Shown piece by piece: positions 12,143 through 23,681 of a stretch of DNA of 64,000 bases (position 1 is the first letter of the stretch; each line of letters starts with the position of its first letter). The position numbers were made by a program, and so were the translations under genes. This DNA comes from Podarcis pityusensis (lineage: Eukaryota), in assembly GCA_964106645.2 (NCBI GenBank), contig OZ067038.1, one strand, 5' to 3'. The notes under the pieces were generated by a model, which ran no database searches, was not told the origin of the DNA, and saw only the letters and a program-made list of their open reading frames with translations.

Positions 12143-13589
12143 CCAGAGCTGAAATAAGAGTAATTTGTAGAAAACATGGAGAAATCCAGGGTCTTAACAT
12201 ATTTGTGACTGAGCTGCAGCATGTGTTTCCTTGTCCTACGAAAGGTAGTAGAAGGCTGCTAGTTCCTGTCTTTGATGTTCATCATAAACCTGGAAGTTCC
12301 ATCTTTAGACAATGGGGCGAGCAACTTTATCTCCATAGCCTCAACTGCCAACAACATTTCATTAGTTCAGGAAGCTCATAGGTCCTTGGCAGGCTGTTTT
12401 GGAATTTGTTGTTTTAAGCATTATTTTAATTTACAAACTTACAGCACTTCTGTGTACCTACATATATATGGAAAGCTCTTGTTTTTTGCTGGCTTTGTTT
12501 CACTTCCAAACTGAGAGGAACGTAACTACTTGAGTTTTGATAGAGGGAATAAGGGAAGTAATTTACTTTTGTTAAAGGTAGTTTTAACAGGCATAACACA
12601 GGACATTTTCTGGAACTAAGCTGGCTGAAGAACAATTAAAGGACAGAAAGGAGCCACTTTGGAGCCGATCTAGTGTAGTATCTGTTCTTGTTAGCAAGCT
12701 TTGGCTGAAGCTATTAAACAGGCAGCTGTGGTGAACATTCAAGGCTTTATTGTAAGCCTGGCAACTTTAAACATTTACTCATGTAAGTACCTGTTTGTCC
12801 TTATTATTTCTTTGTATTGCTGGCTGAGATTAAATAGTTCATATAGCACTCTTCACACAGGAAGAGAAACACAGAAGGTTCCTTCCATGAGCAAGAGGTC
12901 AAAACTAGATTGGAAGAAGCATTATTTTCTGAATTACCAATAAAAATAAAAAGTGATCACAGTGAAAGGGAAATGTAGGTATTTATTATTTGTAAAAGGG
13001 AAGAAATAAATAAATAAATTCATAGCTGCAGGCAGCTTAACAAATATTTCTACTTCAGTACATGCTGGTGGCAATTTATTTTCCCAGCATGACCCCTTAG
13101 TTTTAATAACCTGATGTCTCAGAAGCATTTATTTTCCCAACTCCATGTGCCACTTCAAACTATGGCAAACTGTTTGACCACAGGAAACCTGTAAAACAAG
13201 TTCGGACACTCAAAAGCTACAGACATGAAGAAAAGAAGTATATTCACCACTACTAAACACTCTTACAGAAACTGACAAAAAAAATGTATCAGAATTTATT
13301 ATCATGAATTAAACCACAAACAACCATCTGCTTAGTTTTAACAAAAGAACAATGGGTGACTCACCATATTAACCTTTTCACTCCACCAAGTGTGGTGGTG
13401 ATGGGGAATCCACAGGTGACTCAACATGCTAGTAGCTTTGATAACATAAAAAACCCATTAAGTAGTAGTCCAAGTTTAGTTTTGCCAGCTGAAACGGCAT
13501 GCAAGAATATGAAGAACATAATTCTGTACCATGCTGCAACTAGGTCTAGACTACCTTCAGCCCATTTCAGGCCTGGCACAATTTAGGGT

Positions 13590-14455
13590 GGGCATTTGAA
13601 ACAACAGTGAACTTACTGTGGGTGTCTTCTATAAACCACCAAGCCAAACCAAAGACTTGGATAATACTTTCCTAGAGCAAATGACCAAACATTCAAAAAG
13701 GAGAGATATAGTAGTCATGGGAGACTTCAATTACCCCAAAATCTGTTGGAAGTCAAACTCTGCCAAGAAGGTAAGTTCCAACAAATTCCTGAATTGCCTT
13801 ACTCACCATTTCATTTTCCCAGAATGTGGAAGAAGCAACGAGGTGATCATTTATCTTGGACTCTTGGACCTGGTCCTCACTAATAGGGGGGAACTGATTG
13901 ATGAAGTGGAAGTACTGGGAACATTGGGATGAAGTGTCCTCTTGAATTTCATTATACACAGGCAAAGGAAAGCCAAGTGTGGTCAGGCATGCACTCTGGA
14001 CTTTAAGAAGGCTGATTTCAAAAAGCTTAAGGAACTCCTGGGTGTGAGATCCCCTGGTGAGAAATACTCAAAGAGAAAGGAGTCAGTCCAAGATGGATAG
14101 GAGTTTCTTAAAGGTGAAATACTGAAGGCACAAAGGCAGACAATGCCAACAAGAAAGAAAAGTGGGAGGCATCTAAAGAAACCAGTGTGGCTGCATAAGG
14201 ACTTTACAGATGAGCTGAGATTTTAAAAGGGCACGTATAAGAAATGGAAGAAAGGGGAAATCATGAAGGAGACATATATACGAATACCCAACATTTGTGG
14301 GGAGAAGGTCAGGTGGGCCGAAGCTCAGAATGAGCTCAGACTTGCTAGAGAGGTTAAAAATAATTTTAAAAGGTTTCTTCAGCTATGTTCGAAGCAAGAA
14401 GATGATCAGGAAAGTGGTAGGTCCTCTGTGTGGAGAAATGTTATTTGGTGACAGA
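13590..14455 (+). mobile_element. CR1 LINE ORF2 fragment (APE endonuclease plus linker), pseudogenised
   Basis: GVFYKPP...IVVMGDFNYPKICW...KFLNCL, LDLVLTNR.ELIDEVEV.GTLG, TLDFKKADFKKLKELLG, KKPVWL, KVR.AEAQNELRLAREVK, KGFFSYVRSK; frameshifts and stops. Confidence 0.9.
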
Positions 14456-15236
14456 TGTTTATTAATTAATGCCAACAAACAGTAAGAAATGGGGGGGCTA
14501 GATGCACTGGGCACAACTACAGTGCAAGTGCTGCATTTGTTTGGACAAACAAAACATGCAAATTTGTAAACTAAAGCAAAGCTGTTTAAGCAAAAGAGGA
14601 AAGAGGAAAGAATATTTTGTTCACTGAAAGCAGAATATGAACAGAGTTTCTTTAAACATTGTACTAGCAGAATAAATAGGAATCTGTATAGAATGTATGA
14701 TACGTTCCTCATTGCCAGGCGTTTGATGGTCAATGAAAATTAGATGACTAAAACTCTTCTTTCACACCATAGTACAAACACAAGGACTACGAAATCAGGA
14801 GCTGAAGAGATGACAGGCGAACCAGCTGCCCACCATCTCCTCCCCCACCCACCACACATGCACACACAGAGAGCCATATTTCACCTGATTAATCCTCTCC
14901 CAGGGCAGATTAACGCTTATCTGCTCAATATCCATCTGCTTTGTGATTTCTCTAGATTGTATCCAATCCCAGGGCCCTATCTGCACCACTTCCCCCATTT
15001 GCGGATAGGAAAAGATAGGAAGCATCATGTTCTATTAGCAAAGGCAATGACAACATGTTATCACAGCTGCTTCCTCCCCACACACCCTGAATTTAGGTTA
15101 CACACCGTAGAAATGTGTGAAGCAGAGAAACCTCTGTGTGTATGGGAGAGAGTGAGTGAGAGAGATAGGGAACTGACAAGGCAACACAAACTAACATTCT
15201 CACACCATTTTTAACTTTGGCTGGAATATGCTCAAG

Positions 15237-15238
<2 letters not shown>

Positions 15239-15270
<32 letters not shown>
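15239..15270. repeat. (GT)16 microsatellite
   Basis: Perfect dinucleotide run. Confidence 0.95.
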
Positions 15271-15273
<3 letters not shown>

Positions 15274-15319
15274 CTATACCAGTTTTCCACCAAATAGCTT
15301 GCATTTTATACACGATGCC

Positions 15320-15353
<34 letters not shown>

Positions 15354-17295
15354 TTATTATTTATACCCCGCCCATCTGGCTGGGTTTCCCCAGCCACTCT
15401 GGGCGGCTTCCAAAAGAATATTAAAATACTATGATACATCAAACATTAAAAGCTTCCCTAAACAGGGCTGCCTTCAGATGTCTTCTAAAAGTCTGGTAGT
15501 TGTTGTTCTCTTTGACATCTGGTGGGAGGGCGTTCCACAGGGAGGGCGCCACTACCGAGAAGGCCCTCTGCCTGGTTCCCTGTAACTTGGCTTCTCGCAG
15601 TGAGGGAACCGCCAGAAGGCCCTCGGTGCTGGACCTCAGTGTCCGGGTAGAACGATGGAGGTGGAGACGCTCCTTCAGGTATACTGGACCGAGGCCGTTT
15701 AGGGCTTTAAAGGTCAGCACCAACACTTTGAATTGTGCTCGGAAACGTACTGGGAGCCAATGTAGGTCTTTCAAGACCGGTGTTATATGGTCTCGGCGGC
15801 TGTTCCCAGTCACCAGTCTGGCTGCTGCATTCTGGATTAGTTGTAGTTTCCGGGTCACCTTCAAAGGTAGCCCCACGTAGAGTGCATTGCAGTAGTCCAA
15901 GCGGGAGATAACCAGAGCATGCACCACTCTGGCGAGGCAGTCCGCGGGCAGATAGGGTCTCAACCTACGTACCAGATGGAGCTGGTACACAGCTGCCCTG
16001 GACACGGATTTAACCTGTGCCTCCATGGACAACTGTGAGTCCAAAATGACTCCCAGGCTGCGCACCTGGTCCTTCAGGGGCACGGTTACCCCATTCAGGA
16101 CCAGGGAATCCCCCACACCTGCCCGCCTCCTGTCCCCCAGAAACAGTACTTCTGTCTTGTCAGGATTCAACCTCAATCTGTTTGCCGCCATCCATCCTCC
16201 AACCGCCTCCAGACACTCACACAGGACCTTCACCGCCTTCACTGGTTCTGATTTAAAGGAGAGGTAGAGCTGGGTGTCATCTGCATACTGATGAACACCC
16301 AGTCCAAACCCCCTGATGATCTCTCCCAGCGGCTTCATATAGATATTAAAAAGCATGGGGGAGAGGACAGAACCCTGAGGCACCCCACAAGTGAGAGCCC
16401 AAGGGTCTGAACACTCATCCCCCACCACCACTTTCTGAACACGGCCCAGGAGGAAGGAGCGGAACCACTGTATGACAGTGCCCCCAGCTCCCAGCCCCTC
16501 AAGACGGTCCAGAAGGATGTTATGGTCGATGGTATCAAACGCCGCTGAGAGATCCAGCAGAACTAGGAAACAGCTCTCACCTTTGTCCCTAGCCCGCCGG
16601 AGATCATCAACCAGTGCGACCAAGGCAGTTTCAGTCCCGTGATGAGGCCTGAATCCCGATTGGAAGGGATCCAAATGGTCCGCTTCTTCCAGGCGTGCCT
16701 GGAGTTGTTCAGCAACCACTCGCTCAATCACCTTGCCCAGGAATGGAAGATTTGAGACTGGGCGATAGTTGGCCATCGTGGCCGCATCTAAAGATGGTTT
16801 TTTAAGAAGCGGTTTAATAACCGCCTCTTTCAGCGGGTCTGGGAAGGCTCCCTCACGGAGGGAAGCATTCACCACCCCACGAAGCCCATCGCCCAGCCCT
16901 TCCCGGCTAGCTTTTATAAGCCAGGATGGGCAAGGATCAAGGAGACAGGTGGTTGGTTTCACTCGTCCAAGCAGCCTGTCCACATCCTCGGAGGTAACAG
17001 ATTGGAATTGATCCCACACAATTTGACTAGACAGGACTCTAGCACTCCCCCGCCCCGGCCCTGCTCCCACGGTGGCGTCTACCTCTTCCCGAATCTGAGC
17101 GACTTTATCTGCAAAAAACTTTGCAAAATCATTGCAGGAGATCATGTGGCCCGTATTGGGCCCCGATGTAGCAGGTGGTTCCGCTAAATTGCGGACCACC
17201 TGAAAAAGTCTCCTGGTGCTGTTTTCTGCAGATGCAATAGAGGCGGCGAAGAAAGCCTTCTTCGCCGTCGCTACCGCCACTTGGTAGGCTCGACA
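15320..17295 (-). mobile_element. Young 5'-truncated L2 LINE with (TTA)n tail
   Basis: Uninterrupted RT ORF, high CpG retention, 3' stem-loop gccgcccagagtggctggggaaacccagccagatgggcggggtata and (TTA)n tail at about 15320-15352; abrupt switch to AT-rich flank at about 17295. Confidence 0.97.
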
Positions 17296-17298
17296 CAT
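15439..17298 (-). CDS. L2 ORF2 reverse transcriptase (endonuclease domain missing), 619 aa from the junction ATG
   Basis: ORF track 15439..17367: NYRPVSNLPFLGKVIER, QSGFR..HGTETAL, LLDLSAAFDTIDH, GVPQGSVLSP, HQYADDTQLY, LNPDKTE, RLDYCN, LHWLPV; no stop or frameshift. Confidence 0.9.
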   Translation of the reverse strand: MCRAYQVAVATAKKAFFAASIASAENSTRRLFQVVRNLAEPPATSGPNTGHMISCNDFAKFFADKVAQIREEVDATVGAGPGRGSARVLSSQIVWDQFQSVTSEDVDRLLGRVKPTTCLLDPCPSWLIKASREGLGDGLRGVVNASLREGAFPDPLKEAVIKPLLKKPSLDAATMANYRPVSNLPFLGKVIERVVAEQLQARLEEADHLDPFQSGFRPHHGTETALVALVDDLRRARDKGESCFLVLLDLSAAFDTIDHNILLDRLEGLGAGGTVIQWFRSFLLGRVQKVVVGDECSDPWALTCGVPQGSVLSPMLFNIYMKPLGEIIRGFGLGVHQYADDTQLYLSFKSEPVKAVKVLCECLEAVGGWMAANRLRLNPDKTEVLFLGDRRRAGVGDSLVLNGVTVPLKDQVRSLGVILDSQLSMEAQVKSVSRAAVYQLHLVRRLRPYLPADCLARVVHALVISRLDYCNALYVGLPLKVTRKLQLIQNAAARLVTGNSRRDHITPVLKDLHWLPVRFRAQFKVLVLTFKALNGLGPVYLKERLHLHRSTRTLRSSTEGLLAVPSLREAKLQGTRQRAFSVVAPSLWNALPPDVKENNNYQTFRRHLKAALFREAFNV

Positions 17299-19411
17299 AA
17301 TTATTTGACTATACTGGGGATCTGTTCCAGTCCTTTTGAGCCCCTTGGCTGCAAATGAAGCAACCACAGTAGAAGCAAACGCAAACTGGCAGGGTGTAAA
17401 ATTGGTTTGGGGCTCATGTCTTTAAATGCATCCTGACCAAAAACAAAACAAAATACTCCCCATGTGAAATATTGTGGAGAACTTTAGCCTAAGGTCAATG
17501 GGATTATTTGCTATATAATTTCACAGAGATAAAGTACTACCCAGATGGTGAAAATTACATGACACAGTAACAGTCCTCAGCCCATGGTTTATTAGTCCAA
17601 TATTGTCAATGAAAACAACACCATTCAAAACATTTAAGGAAAAAGAGGCACATACATGCAATGGATGTTCTTATTTTGGGAGAAGCAGAGGAAAGATGGT
17701 GAGCATAATTTATTGAGACAGTCTTCTAACCAAAGCCCCTTAAAAACAATGGGAAGTTTGCAAGATCTATCATTCGCCATTTCACCTAGCTACAGCAGAG
17801 GAAAAGGAGAAATGAGATCAGGCCCACTCCATTAGTTGGCTGAGAGACCAGCAGCCATTCTCTCCCCCCACCCCCACCCCGCTCAGGCAACTATTTCCGT
17901 TCTAGCTGGTCATAACATGAGCGGCTGTGTAACTTTAAGAGTTGCTTGTTTCCCCCTTCTCTTTTTCTGTGTTGTGCCTTAGATTGAAAGCCTTTAGATA
18001 TACGGTGCTTGGGAGATTCCAGGTCCAGTACTTTATATTCAGTGGGCCAGTGCAGAAGTTGCAATGGATTGTGGCAAGTGAATGTTCGTTTCAGTGCACT
18101 GAAGTTTTAGCTTTTTCACAAATTTTGAAACAGAGGTGCAACAAGTGTTGCATTGCTATACTTGCACGTGGCTATGTAAACTGTTGCAAATATTTCATTG
18201 CTAATTATTAAAAAAAACACACACATTATAGTATAGGTCCATACCAGCAGTGCTCCATCTCCAAAACAGTTTTACCAGACTGCTTAGTCTGGTAAAAAAA
18301 TAACAGATGAAGAACACCTAGCAGTTGAAAAGGCAGGATATAAATTGAAGTAATTAAATGAAGAATCTCAGCATTTCTTTATCCGTTATTCAACCTGAAG
18401 AGATTCTGGTTGTGTAGATGGTGGAGTAATACCCTCTTCACTTGTTGAACTTATCTAGCACCAAATCATCTAGTACCTTCCACAGCGAAAGTACCAAGTG
18501 ATCATTACTATAGCCTTCTGGGCAAAATTTGAAGCACTTGCCTTGAATTTTAAAAGCTTTAAATTGTTTGAACTCATCTCCCCTCAGTTATCATCATCAT
18601 GATTTCATCTAATGGTGAACTCAGTGATAAGTGCCAACAGGACTGGAGCCAAACAGGACCACTGGGAAATAAGAGTCAGGTATCATACTTAGAGGGACCC
18701 CAAGGGTTGCAGAAGTACAAAAATAAAAAAGGAGAAAACCTAAGGGGCAGCACCTTCCAATGAGGACTGAACATGCTCAGGCTCTGTAAACATTACTGCT
18801 TACTCCAGCGCCAGTGTGCTCCCACCACTGGTGTCTGAAGCCAAGTATGCATGGTGTTAGCCACAGTCTTTATGCATCCTGTAGGTTTATTGTGTAGAGC
18901 AAGTGCAACTACAACTTGAAAGACAACTGGAGGAAGGGGCATGGATAGAACAACCTCCCTGCATTTTAAGCCACTCATGCGGACATAGCCTCAGGGGCCA
19001 CAGAAATGTTGCTAGAAGTGGTGGGAAACTGGAAGGGGGAAGGGGGAATGGTGTATCCTGGGGGGGGGGGGAGCATGGCTGGCTGGCAGCCTCTAATAGA
19101 GAATTTAGCTGGTTAAGTGCCTATCATTTTGGAAACGAAAGTGGGCCACACAAAAATAAGATAACTGCTTCTACATACTTGGGGAACACCCTAAGTAGGT
19201 AGAAGTACTTAAGTTTTGAATTAAAAGAAATTGATATTTTTAAAAACCCTTTTAAAAAACCTGCCAAAAACCTGTAAGTTTGTTGAACACTGATGGCAGT
19301 AAAGCCTATACAGAGAGAATGGGGTAAAAGAGGTTTGAAGAAATCTTCAGGCAAGTGAGATTCATTATTTATAATTAAATATGCCACATAATGCAATGTT
19401 CATGTGTAAGT

Positions 19412-19640
19412 TGACAATGTTTAGATTGTTGGACTATGACCTAGGAGACCAAGGTTTGAATCCCCACTCGGTCATGAAGCTCACTGGGTGACCTTTGGCT
19501 GGTCACCATATCTCAGCCTAATCGACCTCACAGGGTTCTTGTGAGGATAAAATGTGGAGGAGGAGAACCATGCACATTGCCATGTGTTCCTTGGAGGGAA
19601 AAGGGGATATAGAAATATAATAAGTAAATCAATAAAATAA
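19412..19640 (+). mobile_element. CORE-type SINE (Squam3-like)
   Basis: tRNA-like head (ggtttgaatcccc B box), catgaagctcactgggtgacc..tctcagcctaa..cctcacagggtt..gtgaggataaaatg core, L2-like 3' end and A-rich tail. Confidence 0.85.
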
Positions 19641-19891
19641 AGGGGAGGGATCAATGGAGGCCAAAGAAAGACAGGGAAATGAGCTGTACAAGCTCCTGAC
19701 GACTTAGAGTAAGTATCATGGAGGGGAATGATTAAAGCTGAGGGAATGCCTTTTCCATCTCCAGAATCTCCAGCTACTGTAAATAGCTATAAAACACTCT
19801 AGCTTCTTCATCTGTCTACTGCTGGCTGTGCTACTGTCCTACATGAGCTCCTTTTAAATGGAGGTATAGGGGCTGAACCTGACAGCTTTAG

Positions 19892-19892
<1 letters not shown>

Positions 19893-19928
<36 letters not shown>

Positions 19929-19972
19929 CCATCCATCTGATTGGGTTGCCCCCGTTACCATTCTGGGCAGCA
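19893..19972 (-). mobile_element. Extreme 3' end of L2 with (TAA)n tail
   Basis: (ATT)n followed by accccatccatctgattgggttgcccc..ccattctgggcagc, homologous to the tail of the 15320 L2. Confidence 0.65.
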
Positions 19973-20659
19973 AAAACAGTTAGATGCAGTTAGACAGTGA
20001 AGCAGCCTTAGTTGTCTAGTGGATGACCAAGAGCTGAACAGGGAAGAGCATAACTTTAAAAAAAAAAAATCCACCCAAGATACATCATTCCTTACTGTGA
20101 CAAAACTATTATGTTGACAAGAGCTTTATAACAAATTGTGTCCCTGTTTCTGTGGTCTTGAACCTCTGTAGAATGATTGGGAAAGCATCGGACCTTTCGG
20201 CAGCTTTTAATACCATTAGCCAGCAGTCGACAAATGAAGTAGCTATAGTCACCATGACGACCAAGAATTTAATTCTGGCAAGTCCCTTTGTTTCTGTTTT
20301 AACTTCTTGCATTTTCACTATGAAGCATCTAAAGATGGTTACAATAATAGACTGCTGCTGCCTTGTCCTGTCTTTAATCCTGCCCTGCCCATCCTTGCAT
20401 TCCTGATTGACTGATTGATTGACTGACTGTCTGACTGACTGAATGGGAGAAGGCAGTGGGCAATTTCAGACCCAGGTTTTTTTAAAACCAGATTTTCCAG
20501 CTGCAAAAATTCCCTGCCAGACACCCCACACTAAAAAGAAAAGAAACCAAATGCTTACCCCTTGTGTCATTGGTGGTTTCGCCATAGGAGTCAGTAGTTC
20601 TTGTTTACTATTCAGTAACTAACAGGACAATCCAATGCCCCCTGCACCGAGGTAAATCC

Positions 20660-20995
20660 ACAGCGAGTGGCACTGTGGTCTAAACCACAGAGCCTAGGGC
20701 TTGCTGATCAGAAGGTTGGCGGTTCGAATCCCCGCGAAGGGATGAGCTCCCGATGCTCGGTCCCTGCTCCTACCAACCTAGCAGTTCGAAAGCACATCAA
20801 AATGCAAGTAGATAAATAGCGGGAAGGTAAACGGCGTTTCCGTGCGCTGCTCTGGTTTCGCCAGAAGCGGCTTAGTCATGCTGGCCACATGACCCGGAAG
20901 CTGTATGCTGGCTCCCTCGGCTAGTAAAGTGAGATGAGCGCCGCAACCCCAGAGTTGTCTGCGACTGGGCATAACAGTCAGGGGTCCCTTTTACC
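20660..20995 (+). mobile_element. Sauria SINE
   Basis: gtggcactgtgg..ggcggttcgaatccc head, cctagcagttcgaaagcac and catgctggccacatgacccggaag body, BovB-like 3' end ggggtcccttttacc; flanked by a 44-bp direct repeat. Confidence 0.95.
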
Positions 20996-21312
20996 TAACT
21001 AACAGGGCAATCCAATGCCCCTTGCACCAAGGTGAATCCTAACTCAGTGCCATTTTAACTGGTGTACGGGACACTGGATCATCACGAAAGTTACCTTTCT
21101 ATTCCTGTTACCTCATCAAACTTCTGCTGCCAAAACTGGTGAATTTCAAACCCTGGGCTTTTCCAGTTTTCACCAAGATTGCCTGTTAAGCACAACACAG
21201 CTGGTGGCTTAAGCTGGTTCATTTTACACTGCAGTCAATAGGGTCTGCAGTGCAGACTTTCAGTACCAACCGCAGTTAGCTCACAGAGGAAACATGACAA
21301 CTCCCCTTATAC

Positions 21313-21582
21313 CAGGCATGTCCAAAGTCTGTTTCGGGGTCTAATCCGGCCTGCTGGTTGGTTTAATCTGGCTCCTGTGGCAGTTTATTTCCTGGGGTAA
21401 AATCCTAAAAAACCTCGACAACTCCAATCCTAAAAGTAGCCCAGCAACGTCAACCATAAAAGAAGCTCAAGAACTTCAATCCTAAAAAGAGGTCAACAAC
21501 TTTGGTCGGCCCTTTGGTCAGCCCTCACGGCCCTTCACTTCATCAAATCTGGCCCTCTTTGAAAAAAGTTTGGATACCACTG
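21313..21582. mobile_element. Non-autonomous hAT (Charlie-like) element
   Basis: TIRs CAGGCATGTCCAAA...TTTGGATACCACTG; perfect 8-bp TSD ccttatac (21305-21312 and 21583-21590); internal degenerate caacttcaatcctaaaa repeats. Confidence 0.9.
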
Positions 21583-22154
21583 CCTTATACCATATGATTT
21601 TATTGTTTATGTGTTTCTGGTCTCACGGGTGAGGGGCATATATATGGGTGAAAAGAAAGAAAGCAGGATAACCAATCTCTTTTCCCACCCCAGGTTCCTG
21701 ATTGAAAATATCCCAGTGTCAGACGTTGGCCCAGGTTCCTAAACTGATGTTGTTCTACAACCTTCATTTTGAACACCCAGGGCTGAATAAGGAACACTCT
21801 CACACAAAGATGACTGGGTTGTGATGGTCAACACTGCTGCCAGAAAGAAAGAAAAAGATGGGGTGGGTTTCTCTGAGAGGAAGGGAACACATTTTCTCCT
21901 AGCTTTAACACTGCTTTTGATAGAAAGAAAAAGCTTGCTGGGCTGTGCTCATGCACAAATTAGCCCCTTTGTTAAGGTGGGAGCAAGGGACAGACTGTGC
22001 CTAAAGCACAATTAGGGAGTTAGAGTTTGGGAAAGGGGAGTATTTTAATTATGCAGAGCTCAGAAAACCAGGGCTGGATTATTTTTTACTTTATCTTTAG
22101 GGAAGGTTTTTGTGCTTGCTAGTTTTAATACAAAACAGTCACCATAAATCTATG

Positions 22155-22272
22155 CATGATAGAGCACATGCTTTGCATGCAAAAAGTCCCAAGTACAATT
22201 TCTGGCATATCCAGATAGGTCTAGGAAATGCCTGTGTCCAAAATCCTGAAGAATTGCTGCCAGCTTCCTATG
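22155..22272 (+). mobile_element. Squam2-type SINE, degraded
   Basis: tagagcacatgctttgcatgca..gtccca..ggcatatccagatagg..aaatcctgaaga..gctgccag..cttcctatg. Confidence 0.65.
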
Positions 22273-22539
22273 TGATGCTTGATCTTTTTTAAAAAAAAAG
22301 CTTGTAAATTAACATAACCACATGAAATTGCAAAGTAATGATCCAATGTATTTCAGATTTTCTGATACTACATGAATCTGTTACACCAGGTTCCCCTCTA
22401 TGGCTTATTTCATAAAATTTATTTGGCATTCAAATCAAGCTGTAGGCATAAGTCCATATTTCCTGCTCTCTGAGAACTGTTTGTACTCTTCCATCTGTTT
22501 ATCTGACTGAATGGATATCTAGGAACAGTAGTATTTTTC

Positions 22540-22790
22540 TACCCCCATTATATATTTTGTAGATATCATCTAACAACAATCTCAGTGTTTATATATCACA
22601 TACATTTTCTAGTAATTCTTGCTGTAACAAACTCACAAGTTTGGCTTACTATGGGTAACCCACCTTCCGCATGAGGTTGAAGAAAAGTAGTTTGCTTTGC
22701 TACACAGTGAGTTCATGGTTGACTTCGATTTGAGTCATGGGTCTCCAGCTCCTGGATTCATGCTTTTACAACTGCACCATACAATCTCTC
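22540..22790 (-). mobile_element. Degraded CORE/Squam3-like SINE
   Basis: acacagtgagttcatgg..gatttga..gggtctcc..actgcaccatac..tctctc is the reverse of a Squam3/MIR-like head and core. Confidence 0.4.
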
Positions 22791-22991
22791 ATAAGAGATA
22801 TACCGTATATGATAAAAAGTATATAAAATGACACCTACTATTTAGGTGATAGGTAGAAGAATGAGAGGCTGTGGAGAAATCTTGTTTCTGAGGCAAAGTT
22901 TTTATTTCAAAAGGTATAAAGGTTTTTATGTGGAATAGAGATAAGGGATGTTATGTCAACTGTTTTGTGTTCCTCCTAGGAGCTATAGTGG

Positions 22992-23371
22992 GGGACGCGG
23001 GTGGCGCTGTGGGTAAAACCTCAGTGTCTAGGGCTTGCCGATCGCATGGTCAGCGGTTCGAATCCCCGCGGCAGGGTGAGCTCCCGTCTTTCGGTCCCAG
23101 CTCCTACCCACCTAGCAGTTCGAAAGCACCCCTAAGTGCAAGTAGATAAATAGGTACCGCTTTCTAGCGGGAAGGTAAACGGTGTTTCCGTGTGCTACGC
23201 TGGTGCCGGCTCGCCAGAGCAGCTTCGTCACGCTGGCCATGTGACCCGGAAGTGTCTCCGGACAGCGCTGGCCCCCGGCCTCTTAAGTGAGATGGGCGCG
23301 CAACCCTAGAGTCGGACACGACTGGCCCGTACGGGCAGGGGTACCTTTACCTTTACCTTTACCTTTACCTT
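22992..23371 (+). mobile_element. Sauria SINE, young distinct subfamily
   Basis: Full-length GGGACGCGGGTGGCGCTGTGG head, (ACCTTT)n tail, CpG-rich, perfect 15-bp TSD taggagctatagtgg (22977-22991 and 23372-23386). Confidence 0.97.
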
Positions 23372-23507
23372 TAGGAGCTATAGTGGATCACCAGCTTGCC
23401 TGACTGACAGTTAAAAGTGCCATTGTTTGCATTATTTCGAACAGGAGATGGATATGTGAGTGAGGTTTCTATATTGATGTCCAGGAGTCAAAGCAGATTC
23501 TATTTGG

Positions 23508-23681
23508 CACAGGCGGATTTGGGGGAGTGCAACCAGTTCGCCTGCTCTGGGCACCAAGCTGAGAGGGTGCCACAGGGGGCACATCAACAATGATGTAGAA
23601 CAGAAGGTGAGAGGTGAGGGCGCCAAATTTTGGTGCCACATAGGACGCCACTGACATTTGAAAGTCCCAAATCCACCACTG
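23508..23681. mobile_element. hAT MITE
   Basis: Ends ggcggattt...aaatccaccactg form imperfect TIRs; subterminal ggcgcc/ggcacc motifs. Confidence 0.6.

Noticed and set aside
11818-12381. 187-aa plus-strand ORF and a possible cryptic exon at 12147-12244
   Set aside because: Antisense to the ERV LTR, non-ATG start, no recognisable domain; the polypyrimidine tract is the PPT complement and the donor (GTAGTA) is weak.
15500-17187. Plus-strand ORFs (15500, 16025, 16769, 17002)
   Set aside because: Antisense shadows of the L2 RT ORF.
17950-18080. Plus-strand exon candidate after a polypyrimidine tract (ttag at about 17981)
   Set aside because: No strong donor and no recognisable protein in any frame; cannot be supported without RNA data.
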